A stretch of 64,000 nucleotides of DNA from an uncultured Lentisphaerales bacterium (GCA_964417715.1 CAYQJG010000008.1:18115-82114); one strand, 5' to 3'. Counted from the first letter of the stretch, positions 20,563 through 30,064 are shown. Program-made: numbers and translations. The notes: generated from the sequence alone by a model not told the origin.

Positions 20563-22091
20563 AGTGCCTTCGCCTTGGCAATCAGCATGTCACGAAAAGC
20601 CAGCGCCTGCGCATCGGCTTTGACTTCAACACGCGCGCCATCAACCGTCAGTTCATAGCCGAGGCGGCGCAGGCGCGCGCCCTTGGCGAGCAGGCCGTGG
20701 CGCGCGAGATCGAGCAGTCTGGCAAAATCGTCGGTCTCGCCGAACGCGCCTTCCGACGCCCTCACCGGCGACGTCGCCTCCGGTGCCAGACCCGCGTGCT
20801 GCATCCAGTCCGCCAGGCGCGTCAGGCGCTCCTCCTCGAGCGACCGCACCGGGTGGCCATCGACCAGGGCCTTGGCCGCAAGGTAATCGGCGACGTGGGC
20901 GCGCGTCCGGTGTTTCTCCCAGCGTGGCTCCGGCGGATCGGCGTTTTCGGTTTCATTCCAGTAATGCATGTCACCGATCATGTGCGCCGGCGCCAGGAGT
21001 CTCTGGATGAACGCGGCCGGCACCGCATCGTCGGCCGTCCGCGCGCCCATCTCGCGAACGCGCGACTGCAGGTCCTGCATGCGGTGACTGCGTCGTTCCA
21101 GTTCGCGCAGGTGCGTGTAGAGCTTGCGCCAGACCAGCATGGCCGCCTGGTTCACGCGCGAGCAGAGCTGGTCGAGAGGGCCGGCGGCGGCATAGAAACG
21201 GGCCAGCGCCTCCAGTTCCTGGTCGGGGTCCTGCTGCGTGCGCGACCGCATCACGTGCGCGGTCGCACGCCGCTCGGACTCAATCTGTGCGAGGCAGGCC
21301 TGCCAGCGCGCACGGTGGCGCGGCAGGCGCAGCTTGCTCAACTCGGGCACGATCTCGCTGCGCAGGGCGTGGATGCGACCCAGGAAGCGCGCCAGGAAGT
21401 GTTCGAGCTCGCCGATAATCGACCGCGCCGTGGCGAGATCGTAGCGGCCGAGGACAAAACCCAACAGGCGCACGTTGAAATCGCCCAGCGAACGGCTCGC
21501 ATCGTAGGTCAGCGCCGTCATGCGCGAGAGGCGGTAGACGATGCCGCGACTGGCATCCAGGTCGAGTCCCTCGTCACCGGCCGGCTTGTTCATGAGCCGC
21601 ACGGTCTCGCGCAGTGTGCCGACCAACTCTTCAAGCACATCGCGCGTGTCGGCGTCGTCGGGCTGCAGGTCCTCACGACGGCGCTCTTCCAGCCAGAGCA
21701 GGAAGGCCACCGTTTCGTCGGAAAGGCGGTAGCGGAATTTGCGGCGGCGCGTGTCCTTGTAGCCGCGCAGGCGTTCCTTCTCGATGCGGCAGGAGACCAG
21801 TTCCCAGCGGTCGAGCTGGCCGAGGTCCTGCAGAAACAGATCGGGCGTATAGGGCACGCCGGCGACGGATTCCTGGCTGGCGCGGATGGCGTCGTAGAGG
21901 TCCTCATGCAGCGGCTCGAGCTCGTGCGCGCGACGGAACACGAGCATCTGGTAGAGAATCTGCACGTAGAAGACGGCGCGGTCGGCCAGCAACAGGTGCC
22001 CCAGCGGCCGGCTGCGGTTGCCCAGCAGCGCGGCACCGGTCGCCGGATCGGCCGTCTCTGCCTGTGCGTCGTCTGACATCAGTCCGGGCAT
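20559..22091 (-). CDS. jetA: Wadjet JetA (DUF3375)
   Basis: ~500 aa, first gene of the four-gene co-directional operon with SMC-like jetC and Toprim jetD; alternative start 22079. Confidence 0.75.
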   Translation of the reverse strand: MPGLMSDDAQAETADPATGAALLGNRSRPLGHLLLADRAVFYVQILYQMLVFRRAHELEPLHEDLYDAIRASQESVAGVPYTPDLFLQDLGQLDRWELVSCRIEKERLRGYKDTRRRKFRYRLSDETVAFLLWLEERRREDLQPDDADTRDVLEELVGTLRETVRLMNKPAGDEGLDLDASRGIVYRLSRMTALTYDASRSLGDFNVRLLGFVLGRYDLATARSIIGELEHFLARFLGRIHALRSEIVPELSKLRLPRHRARWQACLAQIESERRATAHVMRSRTQQDPDQELEALARFYAAAGPLDQLCSRVNQAAMLVWRKLYTHLRELERRSHRMQDLQSRVREMGARTADDAVPAAFIQRLLAPAHMIGDMHYWNETENADPPEPRWEKHRTRAHVADYLAAKALVDGHPVRSLEEERLTRLADWMQHAGLAPEATSPVRASEGAFGETDDFARLLDLARHGLLAKGARLRRLGYELTVDGARVEVKADAQALAFRDMLIAKAKAL

Positions 22092-22208
22092 TCTATGCTG
22101 CCGGCTGCGTCAATGCAACATGCCGCGCTCTCCCAAACTCTGAACAGCGAGAGTTCGGCGCGATGCGTGCCCTGGCGGCGCGCTCGGGGATCGCGCCCTT
22201 CATAGCAT

Positions 22209-23600
22209 CTACCCAACCTTGGACCTGGCCTGAATCGCCGTCTCGATGCGGGCGGACAGCGTACGCTGGTCCGGGATCAGTGACGCGAAGGCCACCTGGC
22301 CGTCGATGCAGATTGTCGGCAGGTTCTTGACGCCGAGTTTCATCATCGCCGCGATGCCTTCACGGGTCGTGATGCGGTGCTCCTTGACCACCACCGGCTG
22401 GCTCAGCCCCTGCGTGGCATGGCGCACGGCCTCCATCATGTACTGGCACGGCGCACACGACGAGGAGTCGAGCGTGATGACATCCACGAGAACGTGTGTC
22501 TGGCTGGCATAGTTGTCGGGGATGTCACAGGCCATCATGGCGACGCCCTTGGCCACAATCGTCCGCTTGCAGATTTCGCGGTGGTAGGTGTCATGCACCA
22601 TCTCGGACACGGCCACGAGGTTCTCGCGCGGCACGTTGAAGGGCAGGTCGCATCCCGGCGCCAGAACAAAGCCGCACGCGCCGCCGACGTCGATGCAGCG
22701 GATGGCGTCCAGGCGGCTGTCGTCGGCATCGCCGAAGAGCAGCACGGCCGTGAGCTTGAGGTTGCCGCCGAAACTCTTGCCCGTGCAGCGCGAGAAATCG
22801 CGCACGCGCTCAAGCGGGATGTTCTCGTCGATCGACATGTTGTCGCAGTGCGTTTCAGCCATCGCATGCAGGTTGCGCGTGGCGTCGCCGCACACGAACA
22901 GCGAAGCCAGCCCGCCCAACGCGTGGATGTGGTCGAACACCAGGTTCACGTATGGCGAGACGAACTCCTCGAAATGCTCGGCCGAGATCTGGCTCGTCAT
23001 GGGATCGACCACGGCCACCACATCGGCGCCAGCCTTCAGGTAGGCTTCGGCGGATTTGCGGCCAACCTGGGCACAGAAGGCGATCACGGCCTTGACGTAG
23101 TCCGGCCGGTCGAACATCTGCAGGAACAGGCTGTTGCCCATCAGATGCATGGCCAGCGTGAACGGGCCGCAGATGAGGCCATAGAGCGCGATCTGGTCGC
23201 CGGTCTGCTGCCGCATCCGTCGCAACGTCTCGATGGCCAGCGGGAAACGCCCGCTCGACTCCGGTTCGAACGCCGGCAAATCGGCCAGCGAGATCCCCTC
23301 TTCCAGCGGATGGCTGGAGACCGCCGGCGGCGCCTGTTCAGCCCAGACCAGCTTGCACCCGAGCGCTTCGGCCTCGATCTGCAGGTCAAACACGATCGGC
23401 AGCCCGTCCGGCCGGTAGAGTTCGATGGCCTTGGTGAGTCCGGCCACAAGCTTGTCGGCCGACTGCAGGTATTCGGACGCCGGGACACCGATGAGTTTGG
23501 CCCCGTGAACGCCCACGAACGGCACCCAGGCCGGTCGCGACGTGACCTCGTTGCGCATCGCCTTGAGCAGCAACTCGCGTCCGTTCTCTACATGCGGCAT
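22209..23600 (-). CDS. Uroporphyrinogen-decarboxylase (URO-D)/MtaA-like protein fused to C-terminal thioredoxin-like CxxC domain
   Basis: URO-D-like C-terminal block APGCDLPFNVPRENLVAV; extra C-terminal ~100 aa with CAPC motif and thioredoxin-fold-like PTICIDG; AAGGAG RBS before ATG 23600. Confidence 0.7.
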   Translation of the reverse strand: MPHVENGRELLLKAMRNEVTSRPAWVPFVGVHGAKLIGVPASEYLQSADKLVAGLTKAIELYRPDGLPIVFDLQIEAEALGCKLVWAEQAPPAVSSHPLEEGISLADLPAFEPESSGRFPLAIETLRRMRQQTGDQIALYGLICGPFTLAMHLMGNSLFLQMFDRPDYVKAVIAFCAQVGRKSAEAYLKAGADVVAVVDPMTSQISAEHFEEFVSPYVNLVFDHIHALGGLASLFVCGDATRNLHAMAETHCDNMSIDENIPLERVRDFSRCTGKSFGGNLKLTAVLLFGDADDSRLDAIRCIDVGGACGFVLAPGCDLPFNVPRENLVAVSEMVHDTYHREICKRTIVAKGVAMMACDIPDNYASQTHVLVDVITLDSSSCAPCQYMMEAVRHATQGLSQPVVVKEHRITTREGIAAMMKLGVKNLPTICIDGQVAFASLIPDQRTLSARIETAIQARSKVG

Positions 23601-23732
23601 CTGAAATCTCCTTGGATGGTGTGCTCTGCCGGTATGGCCGAAGCGCCGGCGCCGATCTTTGCCGGCTGTCTCCACTGTAGCGCACGGGACCACCATGCTT
23701 CTTGTGGATTCGCGCGCCGTACTGGTATAATA

Positions 23733-24995
23733 TTGCTGTTCTTGAACGCCATTGTTACATCAGCCGGCATCCCCGCGCCCACGTGGCGTCGCATCGTTCG
23801 CGGCTACCGTCGCGGCTTCGGCCTCACGCCGTTGCACCTGGACGCCGAAGGGCGGAGCGTCCACCCCGCCGACGACCCGTTGGCCGACATCACATCGGTG
23901 ATTCAGGCACGACGCCATGCGATCGCCGAGAGCGTCCGTTGGGGCGAGCCCTATGTATTCCTCGTGGCCGACGACATCCTGAGTTGGGCGGTGGCGCTGG
24001 TGGACGGCGAGACGCTGAAGGGCGGCGTATGCGGCGGCGAGGTCGTCAGCGCGGACAACCCACTGGATGTGACTGCCGCAAACAGCCACCTGGCCGGCGC
24101 GGGTCTGTCGCGGCCGGTTGTGCTGCGCCACCTGCGCGCTCTGCCGGTCTGGCCGCAGGCGCGCGTGCGCGCCGCCGCGGAAGCGCTTTACGAGTCGGTC
24201 TATGCGACCCTCGGCTGGAAACCGGCGCTGCTGCTGCGCAACCGGACCGATGCAACCCAGCAACGACAGATCGCCGAAGCCATTCACCAGGGCAAGGAGA
24301 CGACACGAAGCGCATGGCCGTTCGCGGCGGAACAGCGACTGCTGCTCCTGATCCGGGCGGGCGATCACAACGGCGTGCGCAAGCACCTGAACATCCTGCT
24401 GGCCGGCATGTTCCTCGATTCGCCGCGACTGCCGGTGCTTCAGGCGCGCGTGCTGGAACTGCTGGGATACCTGATCCGCGTAGCAATCGAAGATGCGCCC
24501 AGTCTGGCGCCCCTGATGGAGGCGCACCAGGGATGGATCGTGCGAATCATCGGCGCCCACAGTTTCGACGAGCTCTGCCGCACCGTACGTGACGCGCTGG
24601 ACGCCTTCATGCTGCAGGTCGCGCAGCACGGGCTGACCAGCACGAACCTGCACGTGCGGCGGGCGCTCGACCACATCGCCCGGAACCCCACCCGCGCCGT
24701 CACGCTTGACGAAGCGGCGCAGGTGGCCGGCATCAGCCGGTTCCGTCTGGCGCACCTCATCAAGGCAACAACGGGGCAGACGTTGCTGCAGCACGGCCAC
24801 CGCGTGCGGATCGCCGAAGCCTGCCGGTTGCTGGAATCGACCTCGCGGACCTGCGCCGACATCGCGGCCTCACTGGGCTTCGCGGACCAGAGCCACCTGA
24901 CCCGCACGTTCCGGCACGTGGCCGGCATCACCCCGGCGCGCTATCGACGCGACCGCCACGGCACCGACGCGCGCGCGCCGCACACCGGCGCATGA
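23733..24995 (+). CDS. AraC-family transcriptional regulator (start uncertain)
   Basis: C-terminal AraC HTH (VTLDEAAQVAGISRFRLAHLIK...LGFADQSHLTRTFRHVAGITPARYRR); in-frame ATGs only at 23616/23634 overlap the divergent gene, so a TTG near 23733 is assumed. Confidence 0.65.
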   Translation: MLFLNAIVTSAGIPAPTWRRIVRGYRRGFGLTPLHLDAEGRSVHPADDPLADITSVIQARRHAIAESVRWGEPYVFLVADDILSWAVALVDGETLKGGVCGGEVVSADNPLDVTAANSHLAGAGLSRPVVLRHLRALPVWPQARVRAAAEALYESVYATLGWKPALLLRNRTDATQQRQIAEAIHQGKETTRSAWPFAAEQRLLLLIRAGDHNGVRKHLNILLAGMFLDSPRLPVLQARVLELLGYLIRVAIEDAPSLAPLMEAHQGWIVRIIGAHSFDELCRTVRDALDAFMLQVAQHGLTSTNLHVRRALDHIARNPTRAVTLDEAAQVAGISRFRLAHLIKATTGQTLLQHGHRVRIAEACRLLESTSRTCADIAASLGFADQSHLTRTFRHVAGITPARYRRDRHGTDARAPHTGA

Positions 24996-25056
24996 CCGGC
25001 GCGCCATCGCGCGATTTCGCTTTACGTCGTCGCTGCGACGGAGGCAATATGACGGC

Positions 25057-26127
25057 ATGCGTCGCCCGCGTCTGCATATCGTGCTGATCTACAATGCCTG
25101 CGCCGCTGCTGCGCCCGAGACACCGGAAGATCAGGGCAGCACCGATGAACTGCGCAAGTTCGTGCGGCGGCTGGCGCACATGATGCGATCCAAGTTGCGT
25201 CACCGGGTCACCGTGCTGCCGCTGGCCAACAATCTGATGGGCTTCCAGCGCAAGCTGTCGCGGCTCAAGCCCGACGTGGTCTTCAACCAGTACGATGACG
25301 TGGTGCACGGTGCGCTTTACGAGATGCGCGTGGCCGCCCTCGTGCGGATGATGGGTTTCCCGCTGACCGGTTCACACGCCCTGGCTCTTGGCCTGTGCCG
25401 CTACAAGCATATGGCCGTCAGCCTGCTGCAGGGAGCCGGCATCCCGGTTCCGCCCGAGGGCCGGCTGCTGGAGCGCATCGGCGACGTCGGCCGGCACCAC
25501 TGGAAGTTCCCGGTCATCGTGCATCCGGCACAGGAGCATGCGGGCATCGGCCTGGGGCGCGACTCGGTCGTGCACTCGGTCAAGGCTTTGCGCGGCAAGG
25601 TGCGCGAAATCCTGCGCGAGTACAGCCAGCCTGCCATGGCGCAGCGGTTTCTGCCGGGGCGCGAGTTCAACATCAGCGTGATCGGCGGACGCAAGCCGCG
25701 GGTTCTGCCATTCGCCGAAGTCAACTACTCGCAGCTTCCGTCCGACATCCCACCGATCATGTCCTACGCCGCCAAGTGGATGGAGCACTCGGTCGAGTTC
25801 AAGAAGACGTCGGTCACCTGCCCGGCCGAAGTCACGCCGGCGCTGGACCAGCGGCTGCGTCAACTCGCCACGCACGCATTCCGCGCAATCGGCGGATGGG
25901 GGTATGGCCGGGTGGACATCCGTCTGGACGAGAACGACGAGCCCTACGTGCTTGAGGTGAACTGCAATCCGTGCCTTGAGGAGGATGTTGCCCTGGCGCG
26001 TTCGGCCCGGGCCGCCGGCCTGACCTACCCGGAGACCATCCAGGCCATTCTGGACGCGGCCTTCGAGCGCCCGCCCTTCGATGCGGACATCCCGATGATG
26101 ATGGCATCGGCCACCGCCGCCCGCTAA
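25057..26127 (+). CDS. ATP-grasp enzyme, D-alanine-D-alanine ligase-like
   Basis: ATP-grasp C-terminal motifs (GWGYGRVDIRLDENDEPYVLEVNCNPCL); N-terminal pre-ATP-grasp region. Confidence 0.75.
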   Translation: MRRPRLHIVLIYNACAAAAPETPEDQGSTDELRKFVRRLAHMMRSKLRHRVTVLPLANNLMGFQRKLSRLKPDVVFNQYDDVVHGALYEMRVAALVRMMGFPLTGSHALALGLCRYKHMAVSLLQGAGIPVPPEGRLLERIGDVGRHHWKFPVIVHPAQEHAGIGLGRDSVVHSVKALRGKVREILREYSQPAMAQRFLPGREFNISVIGGRKPRVLPFAEVNYSQLPSDIPPIMSYAAKWMEHSVEFKKTSVTCPAEVTPALDQRLRQLATHAFRAIGGWGYGRVDIRLDENDEPYVLEVNCNPCLEEDVALARSARAAGLTYPETIQAILDAAFERPPFDADIPMMMASATAAR

Positions 26128-27170
26128 TCCGTGAACCGGCCCGTGTGGCTGAACTGCACGACCATGGCGGTGAGCAGTGAGGCGATGTCGAGCAGGCGCT
26201 CCTCCTGCTTGTCCATGCGCACGCGCAGCCCCAGAGCACGGGTGCGATCCTCGATCTTCTCGAGCACCATACCGATGTCCTCGGGTTCCATGCTGGACCA
26301 CTGCGCCACGCGCGCCACCAGCATGCGGCGGCGGCGGCGCAGGAACAGGTGCGCATCGAGCGCCGGCACAGCCGCGCGCACCTGCGGAAAGGCGACCCGC
26401 AGTTTGTCGTCAAGGAACCCCTGCGCCTTGGACCGGTAGCGCTCGGCGCGCTGCCCGTAATGCTCGGCCAGCGTCATGTTGAGATCGTCGATCGGCGCGG
26501 CGAGTTCGCCGCCGGTACACAGCGGCTCGCGGCTCCGGATGCGGCGCATCAGACGCGCCACGCACTCCAGCTTGCGCAACGCCGGCCAGTTGGCGTAGCG
26601 CGTGCGCCAGCCGGAACGCGGCGTCAGCCAGACGGCAAACGTCTCGGCGAAATCCTCGTCCGGGTGCTTCTGGGCGTAGGTCGTGCGATGGCGCTGACCG
26701 TGTGCCAGGTGGCGCACGAACTGGCGGCTGAAGGGGTTGGGCTCAAACGCGTCCCGATAGGGGGCTTCGAACCGGCCAAACACGTTCGTCCACTCGGGTT
26801 GCTCCCACAGACGGTACGCGTAGTTCACGGCGTGCCCGCCTTCGTGCCGCAGCAGCATCTGCAGCATGGACTCGTCCTCGATCTCGCCGGTCTGCTCTTC
26901 CTCAATGCGCATCAGGCGGCGGTCGGTAAGGTAGAAGGGAATACCGATCACCGGCACTTCGTTGGGACAGCCCCAACCGTCGGTGAGGTAGCAGCGGGGT
27001 CGGAAGAGAATCCCCTTCTCGTCGAACTCGTGTTGCAGGCGGGCAACGTAGGGTTCGATGGGAGACTTGGCGATCTTCAGCCCCAGGTCACAAATGCGGG
27101 TGTTGAGCAGTTCGTAACGAACCGTCTCCCACGCATTGATGACCGAACGCATACGAGCAGCAGCGGTCAT
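26124..27170 (-). CDS. Putative zinc-dependent metallopeptidase (HExxH)
   Basis: HEGGHAVNY zinc-binding motif; convergent 4-nt overlap with the ATP-grasp gene. Confidence 0.65.
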   Translation of the reverse strand: MTAAARMRSVINAWETVRYELLNTRICDLGLKIAKSPIEPYVARLQHEFDEKGILFRPRCYLTDGWGCPNEVPVIGIPFYLTDRRLMRIEEEQTGEIEDESMLQMLLRHEGGHAVNYAYRLWEQPEWTNVFGRFEAPYRDAFEPNPFSRQFVRHLAHGQRHRTTYAQKHPDEDFAETFAVWLTPRSGWRTRYANWPALRKLECVARLMRRIRSREPLCTGGELAAPIDDLNMTLAEHYGQRAERYRSKAQGFLDDKLRVAFPQVRAAVPALDAHLFLRRRRRMLVARVAQWSSMEPEDIGMVLEKIEDRTRALGLRVRMDKQEERLLDIASLLTAMVVQFSHTGRFTD

Positions 27171-27295
27171 GGTGAGGCCCCGAGGGCCGCTACATGCCGG
27201 CAGACAACGGGTCACCAGCCAAAGGCCGACTCCCGGGGAAGGGATAAGGGTACCCCCTGAGGGACCCCCTGTCAATCAAACCCGGCATATGCTAT

Positions 27296-27318
27296 AACAT
27301 GCTCGCTTGCAGCATGTT
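27296..27318. promoter_or_regulatory. Inverted repeat AACATGCT-N7-AGCATGTT in a 395-bp divergent intergenic region; candidate operator
   Basis: Palindrome read directly; lies between the divergent genes 26124..27170(-) and 27567..27998(+), next to TGCTATAACAT. Confidence 0.3.
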
Positions 27319-27566
27319 ACATGTCGCACAGCGCCGCAATGTCATCAGGTGTACCGACCCGGCCGGGTGGAGGCGATGTTCACGATGGCCCCGCGGCTGG
27401 CCCGCAGATGGCGCGCCGCATACTTGGCGGCCAGAAAGACGGACGTGAGGTCCGTTGCCAACACGCGATTCCACTCGACCAGCGTCAGCGCTTCGAGCGG
27501 CGGCATGCAGGTTGAATGTGCGTGGCATCCGTGCTAGGCTGGTGCCGCAATCAGGGAGATCAGACC

Positions 27567-27998
27567 ATGTCCGACTGGCGACAAGAATTGGGCGGCATCT
27601 TGGAGGGCAAGTCCAAGGCCACGCGCGCCGAACAGGAGAACGCCCTCTTTGAGGCGTTTCTAGCCAAGGTGGCCGTGCCTGCGCTGCGCCAGCTGGCCGA
27701 GGAGCTCGGCCGGCACGGACGCGAGGCCACGGTACGGGAGGCCCCCGCCTCGGCCATGCTCACGGTCCGCAACGGCGCCACCACGGAGATCACCTTCCGG
27801 GTCATGCGCCGCTACATCGCCACCGGCATCCTGCCGTACGCGGAGGTGCGCCTGGCCAAGGGACAGCGCTTCGTCAACCATGACGGCGTCTTCCGCGAGG
27901 CCGGCCAGACCTACACGATGGAAGACATCACCGTCGAGGACATCATCCGTTGCTTCCTCAAGTACTATCGGACGATCCTCGATGGCGACGCAGCCTGA
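27567..27998 (+). CDS. Hypothetical cytoplasmic protein
   Basis: AGGGAG RBS 8 nt upstream of ATG 27567; no recognisable motifs. Confidence 0.5.
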   Translation: MSDWRQELGGILEGKSKATRAEQENALFEAFLAKVAVPALRQLAEELGRHGREATVREAPASAMLTVRNGATTEITFRVMRRYIATGILPYAEVRLAKGQRFVNHDGVFREAGQTYTMEDITVEDIIRCFLKYYRTILDGDAA

Positions 27999-28008
27999 AC
28001 CCGCAAGC

Positions 28009-28668
28009 ATGCCATCGACCCGGTCACCTGCGGCTCATGTCTGCCTGCGTGCCGGCCTGCAACTGGCCGGCTACGCCGCGTTGGTCGCGGCTACCGGGCT
28101 GCTCTTCATTCTGGATGCGCGGACACCTGCCGAGATCCATTTCTCGGAAACCTCGCGGATCGAATACGCCGAGACCGTTCTGTTGCTGCTGACCATGCTG
28201 GCGTTCGCGTGCGGGAGAGGACGTGATGCGGGCCGTCGTGCACTGGCAACGCTCTTCTGCGGCGTAGCCCTGACGGCTCTCGTCCGCGAACTGGACTGGG
28301 TCATGGACGACCTGGCGCACGGACTCTGGAAAGCGCCCGCGGCCGTTGTTGTTGTCGCGACCGGGGTCGCCGCCTGGCGCAGCCGCGCCTGCCTGGTCCC
28401 GGCCATGGCCGAACTCACGCGCCGGCCGGCATGGGGACTTCTGACCGGCGGCTTCCTGACCGTGTTCGTCTACTCGCGACTGATCGGGATGAAGGCCAAC
28501 TGGGTGGCGATGCTGGGCCATGGCGCGGTGATGAGTTCGATCAAGCGGGCAGCCGAGGAAGGCGTGGAGCTGCTGGGGTACACGCTGATCGCCTGCGGCG
28601 CGTGGGCCTTCCTGGTCGATCGCTGGACGCTGCCACAGGAACCGGCGCGCCCGTCGGCACCACCATGA
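28009..28668 (+). CDS. Hypothetical integral membrane protein (4-5 TM)
   Basis: Hydrophobic helices; alternative start 27982; stop overlaps M42 peptidase start. Confidence 0.5.
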   Translation: MPSTRSPAAHVCLRAGLQLAGYAALVAATGLLFILDARTPAEIHFSETSRIEYAETVLLLLTMLAFACGRGRDAGRRALATLFCGVALTALVRELDWVMDDLAHGLWKAPAAVVVVATGVAAWRSRACLVPAMAELTRRPAWGLLTGGFLTVFVYSRLIGMKANWVAMLGHGAVMSSIKRAAEEGVELLGYTLIACGAWAFLVDRWTLPQEPARPSAPP

Positions 28669-29666
28669 CCCCTTCTGACGACACTTCGCTGCTGCTCCGC
28701 CTGCTGGAATGCCACAGCACCCCCGGCGATGAGGCGGCCGTGCGCAACGTGCTTGAAGCCGAATGGCGCGCAGCCGGACTTGAGCCGGTCCGCCTCGGTG
28801 ATCAGGCCGTCCACGCCACCCTCTCCGACGCGACAAGCCGCCAGCCCGTGCTGCTGGTCACCGCCCACATGGATGCGCCGGGGTTCGCCGTCGACCGCCT
28901 GCGCCTGTCGCGGGTCGGCGTGGGGCTCACGCGCCTCGGACACCCGGCCTTCGTCGGCCGATCAACTCCGGGGGTGCTCAAAACACGCGAGGGGCTGTTC
29001 GCAGCCATGATCCACAAGCTGACCGGCGACGACGGCGAGTGTGACTATCGCCTGCGTCCTGCCCGCGGGCAGAGCGCCTGGACGGGCCTCGACCACGGCG
29101 ACCGGGTCTGCTTCGCCGCCCGGCCGACAATCGACGGCGACCGGATTGCGTCAGCCTTCCTCGACAATCGGCTGGGGTGCTGGTTGCTGGTGTTGCTGGC
29201 GCGGCAGGCGGCGACCTGGCGCAGCCGCTTCCGCATCGTGCTGGGCGCCACGGCCTCAGAGGAGATGGGCGGCTTCGGCGCGCCCGTGCTGGCACACCAC
29301 ATCCAGCCCGATCTCGCCGTCGTCCTCGACGCCACCTACGAGGCGCTGGACCAGGGCGTGCGGGTGGGCCATGGGCCGGTTCTCACGCTCAGCGACGCCT
29401 CCGTGCTGCTCTCACCTGCCACGCGCGACCGGGTCCGAGCGCGATTCGCCGCCAGCGGCACCCCGCTCCAGACCGAAGTCTACAACTTCAGCGGCACGGA
29501 CGCGCGGGCCTTCCCGGCGCAGGGGCTGGCCTGCCCCGTGCTGCCGCTGCTGCTGGCCACAACCGGCAACCACTCGCCGCGTGAAACCGCCGACCTGCGC
29601 GATGCCGCCAGCCTGCTGACCGGCCTGCAGGCCCTTGCGGAACACGGGCTGGAGCTGCCGTCATGA
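28665..29666 (+). CDS. M42-family metallo-aminopeptidase (FrvX/glutamyl aminopeptidase-like)
   Basis: M42-like blocks (LLVTAHMDAPGF, FLDNRLGCWLL, SEEMGGFGA). Confidence 0.7.
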   Translation: MTPSDDTSLLLRLLECHSTPGDEAAVRNVLEAEWRAAGLEPVRLGDQAVHATLSDATSRQPVLLVTAHMDAPGFAVDRLRLSRVGVGLTRLGHPAFVGRSTPGVLKTREGLFAAMIHKLTGDDGECDYRLRPARGQSAWTGLDHGDRVCFAARPTIDGDRIASAFLDNRLGCWLLVLLARQAATWRSRFRIVLGATASEEMGGFGAPVLAHHIQPDLAVVLDATYEALDQGVRVGHGPVLTLSDASVLLSPATRDRVRARFAASGTPLQTEVYNFSGTDARAFPAQGLACPVLPLLLATTGNHSPRETADLRDAASLLTGLQALAEHGLELPS

Positions 29667-30064
29667 AGCCCACCTTGCTCAACATCTTCCTGGTCGGCGC
29701 CGGCGGCGCCGCCGGCTCGGTCTGCCGCTATCTGCTGATGCTCGCCGGCAGCCGGATGGGGCCGGATTTCCCCGTCGGCACGCTGGCGGCCAACGTGGCC
29801 GGGTGCCTGTCCATCGGTGTGCTGGCAGAGCTGGCCGTGGCGACACGCGTGCTGCCGCCGCACCTCTCCCTGCTGCTGGCCACGGGCTTCTGCGGCGGAC
29901 TCACCACCATGTCGTCGTTCATGCTGGAGACCTGCCACCAGCGCAGCCGCGGCCTGTGGCCCGCTGCCGCCTATGCTCTCCTCACGTTTGCGCTCTGCCT
30001 GGCGGCGCTGCTGACCGGCCTGTACGTGACGCGGCTGCTCCTGCGGCTGCGGGGTGCGGCATAG
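29663..30064 (+). CDS. crcB: Fluoride ion channel CrcB/FluC
   Basis: ~133 aa, 4 TM, signature GFCGGLTTMSSF; ATGA overlap with upstream stop. Confidence 0.85.
   Translation: MKPTLLNIFLVGAGGAAGSVCRYLLMLAGSRMGPDFPVGTLAANVAGCLSIGVLAELAVATRVLPPHLSLLLATGFCGGLTTMSSFMLETCHQRSRGLWPAAAYALLTFALCLAALLTGLYVTRLLLRLRGAA

Noticed and set aside
22092-22208. Short inverted repeat (AACTCT-N8-AGAGTT) upstream of jetA
   Set aside because: Only 6-bp arms; could be an operator, but support is too weak to report.
23725-23730. TATAAT hexamer taken as the -10 of the AraC-regulator promoter
   Set aside because: Kept only as a weak supporting note inside the finding. A single hexamer in GC-rich DNA is suggestive, but no matching -35 was identified, so it is not listed as a feature.
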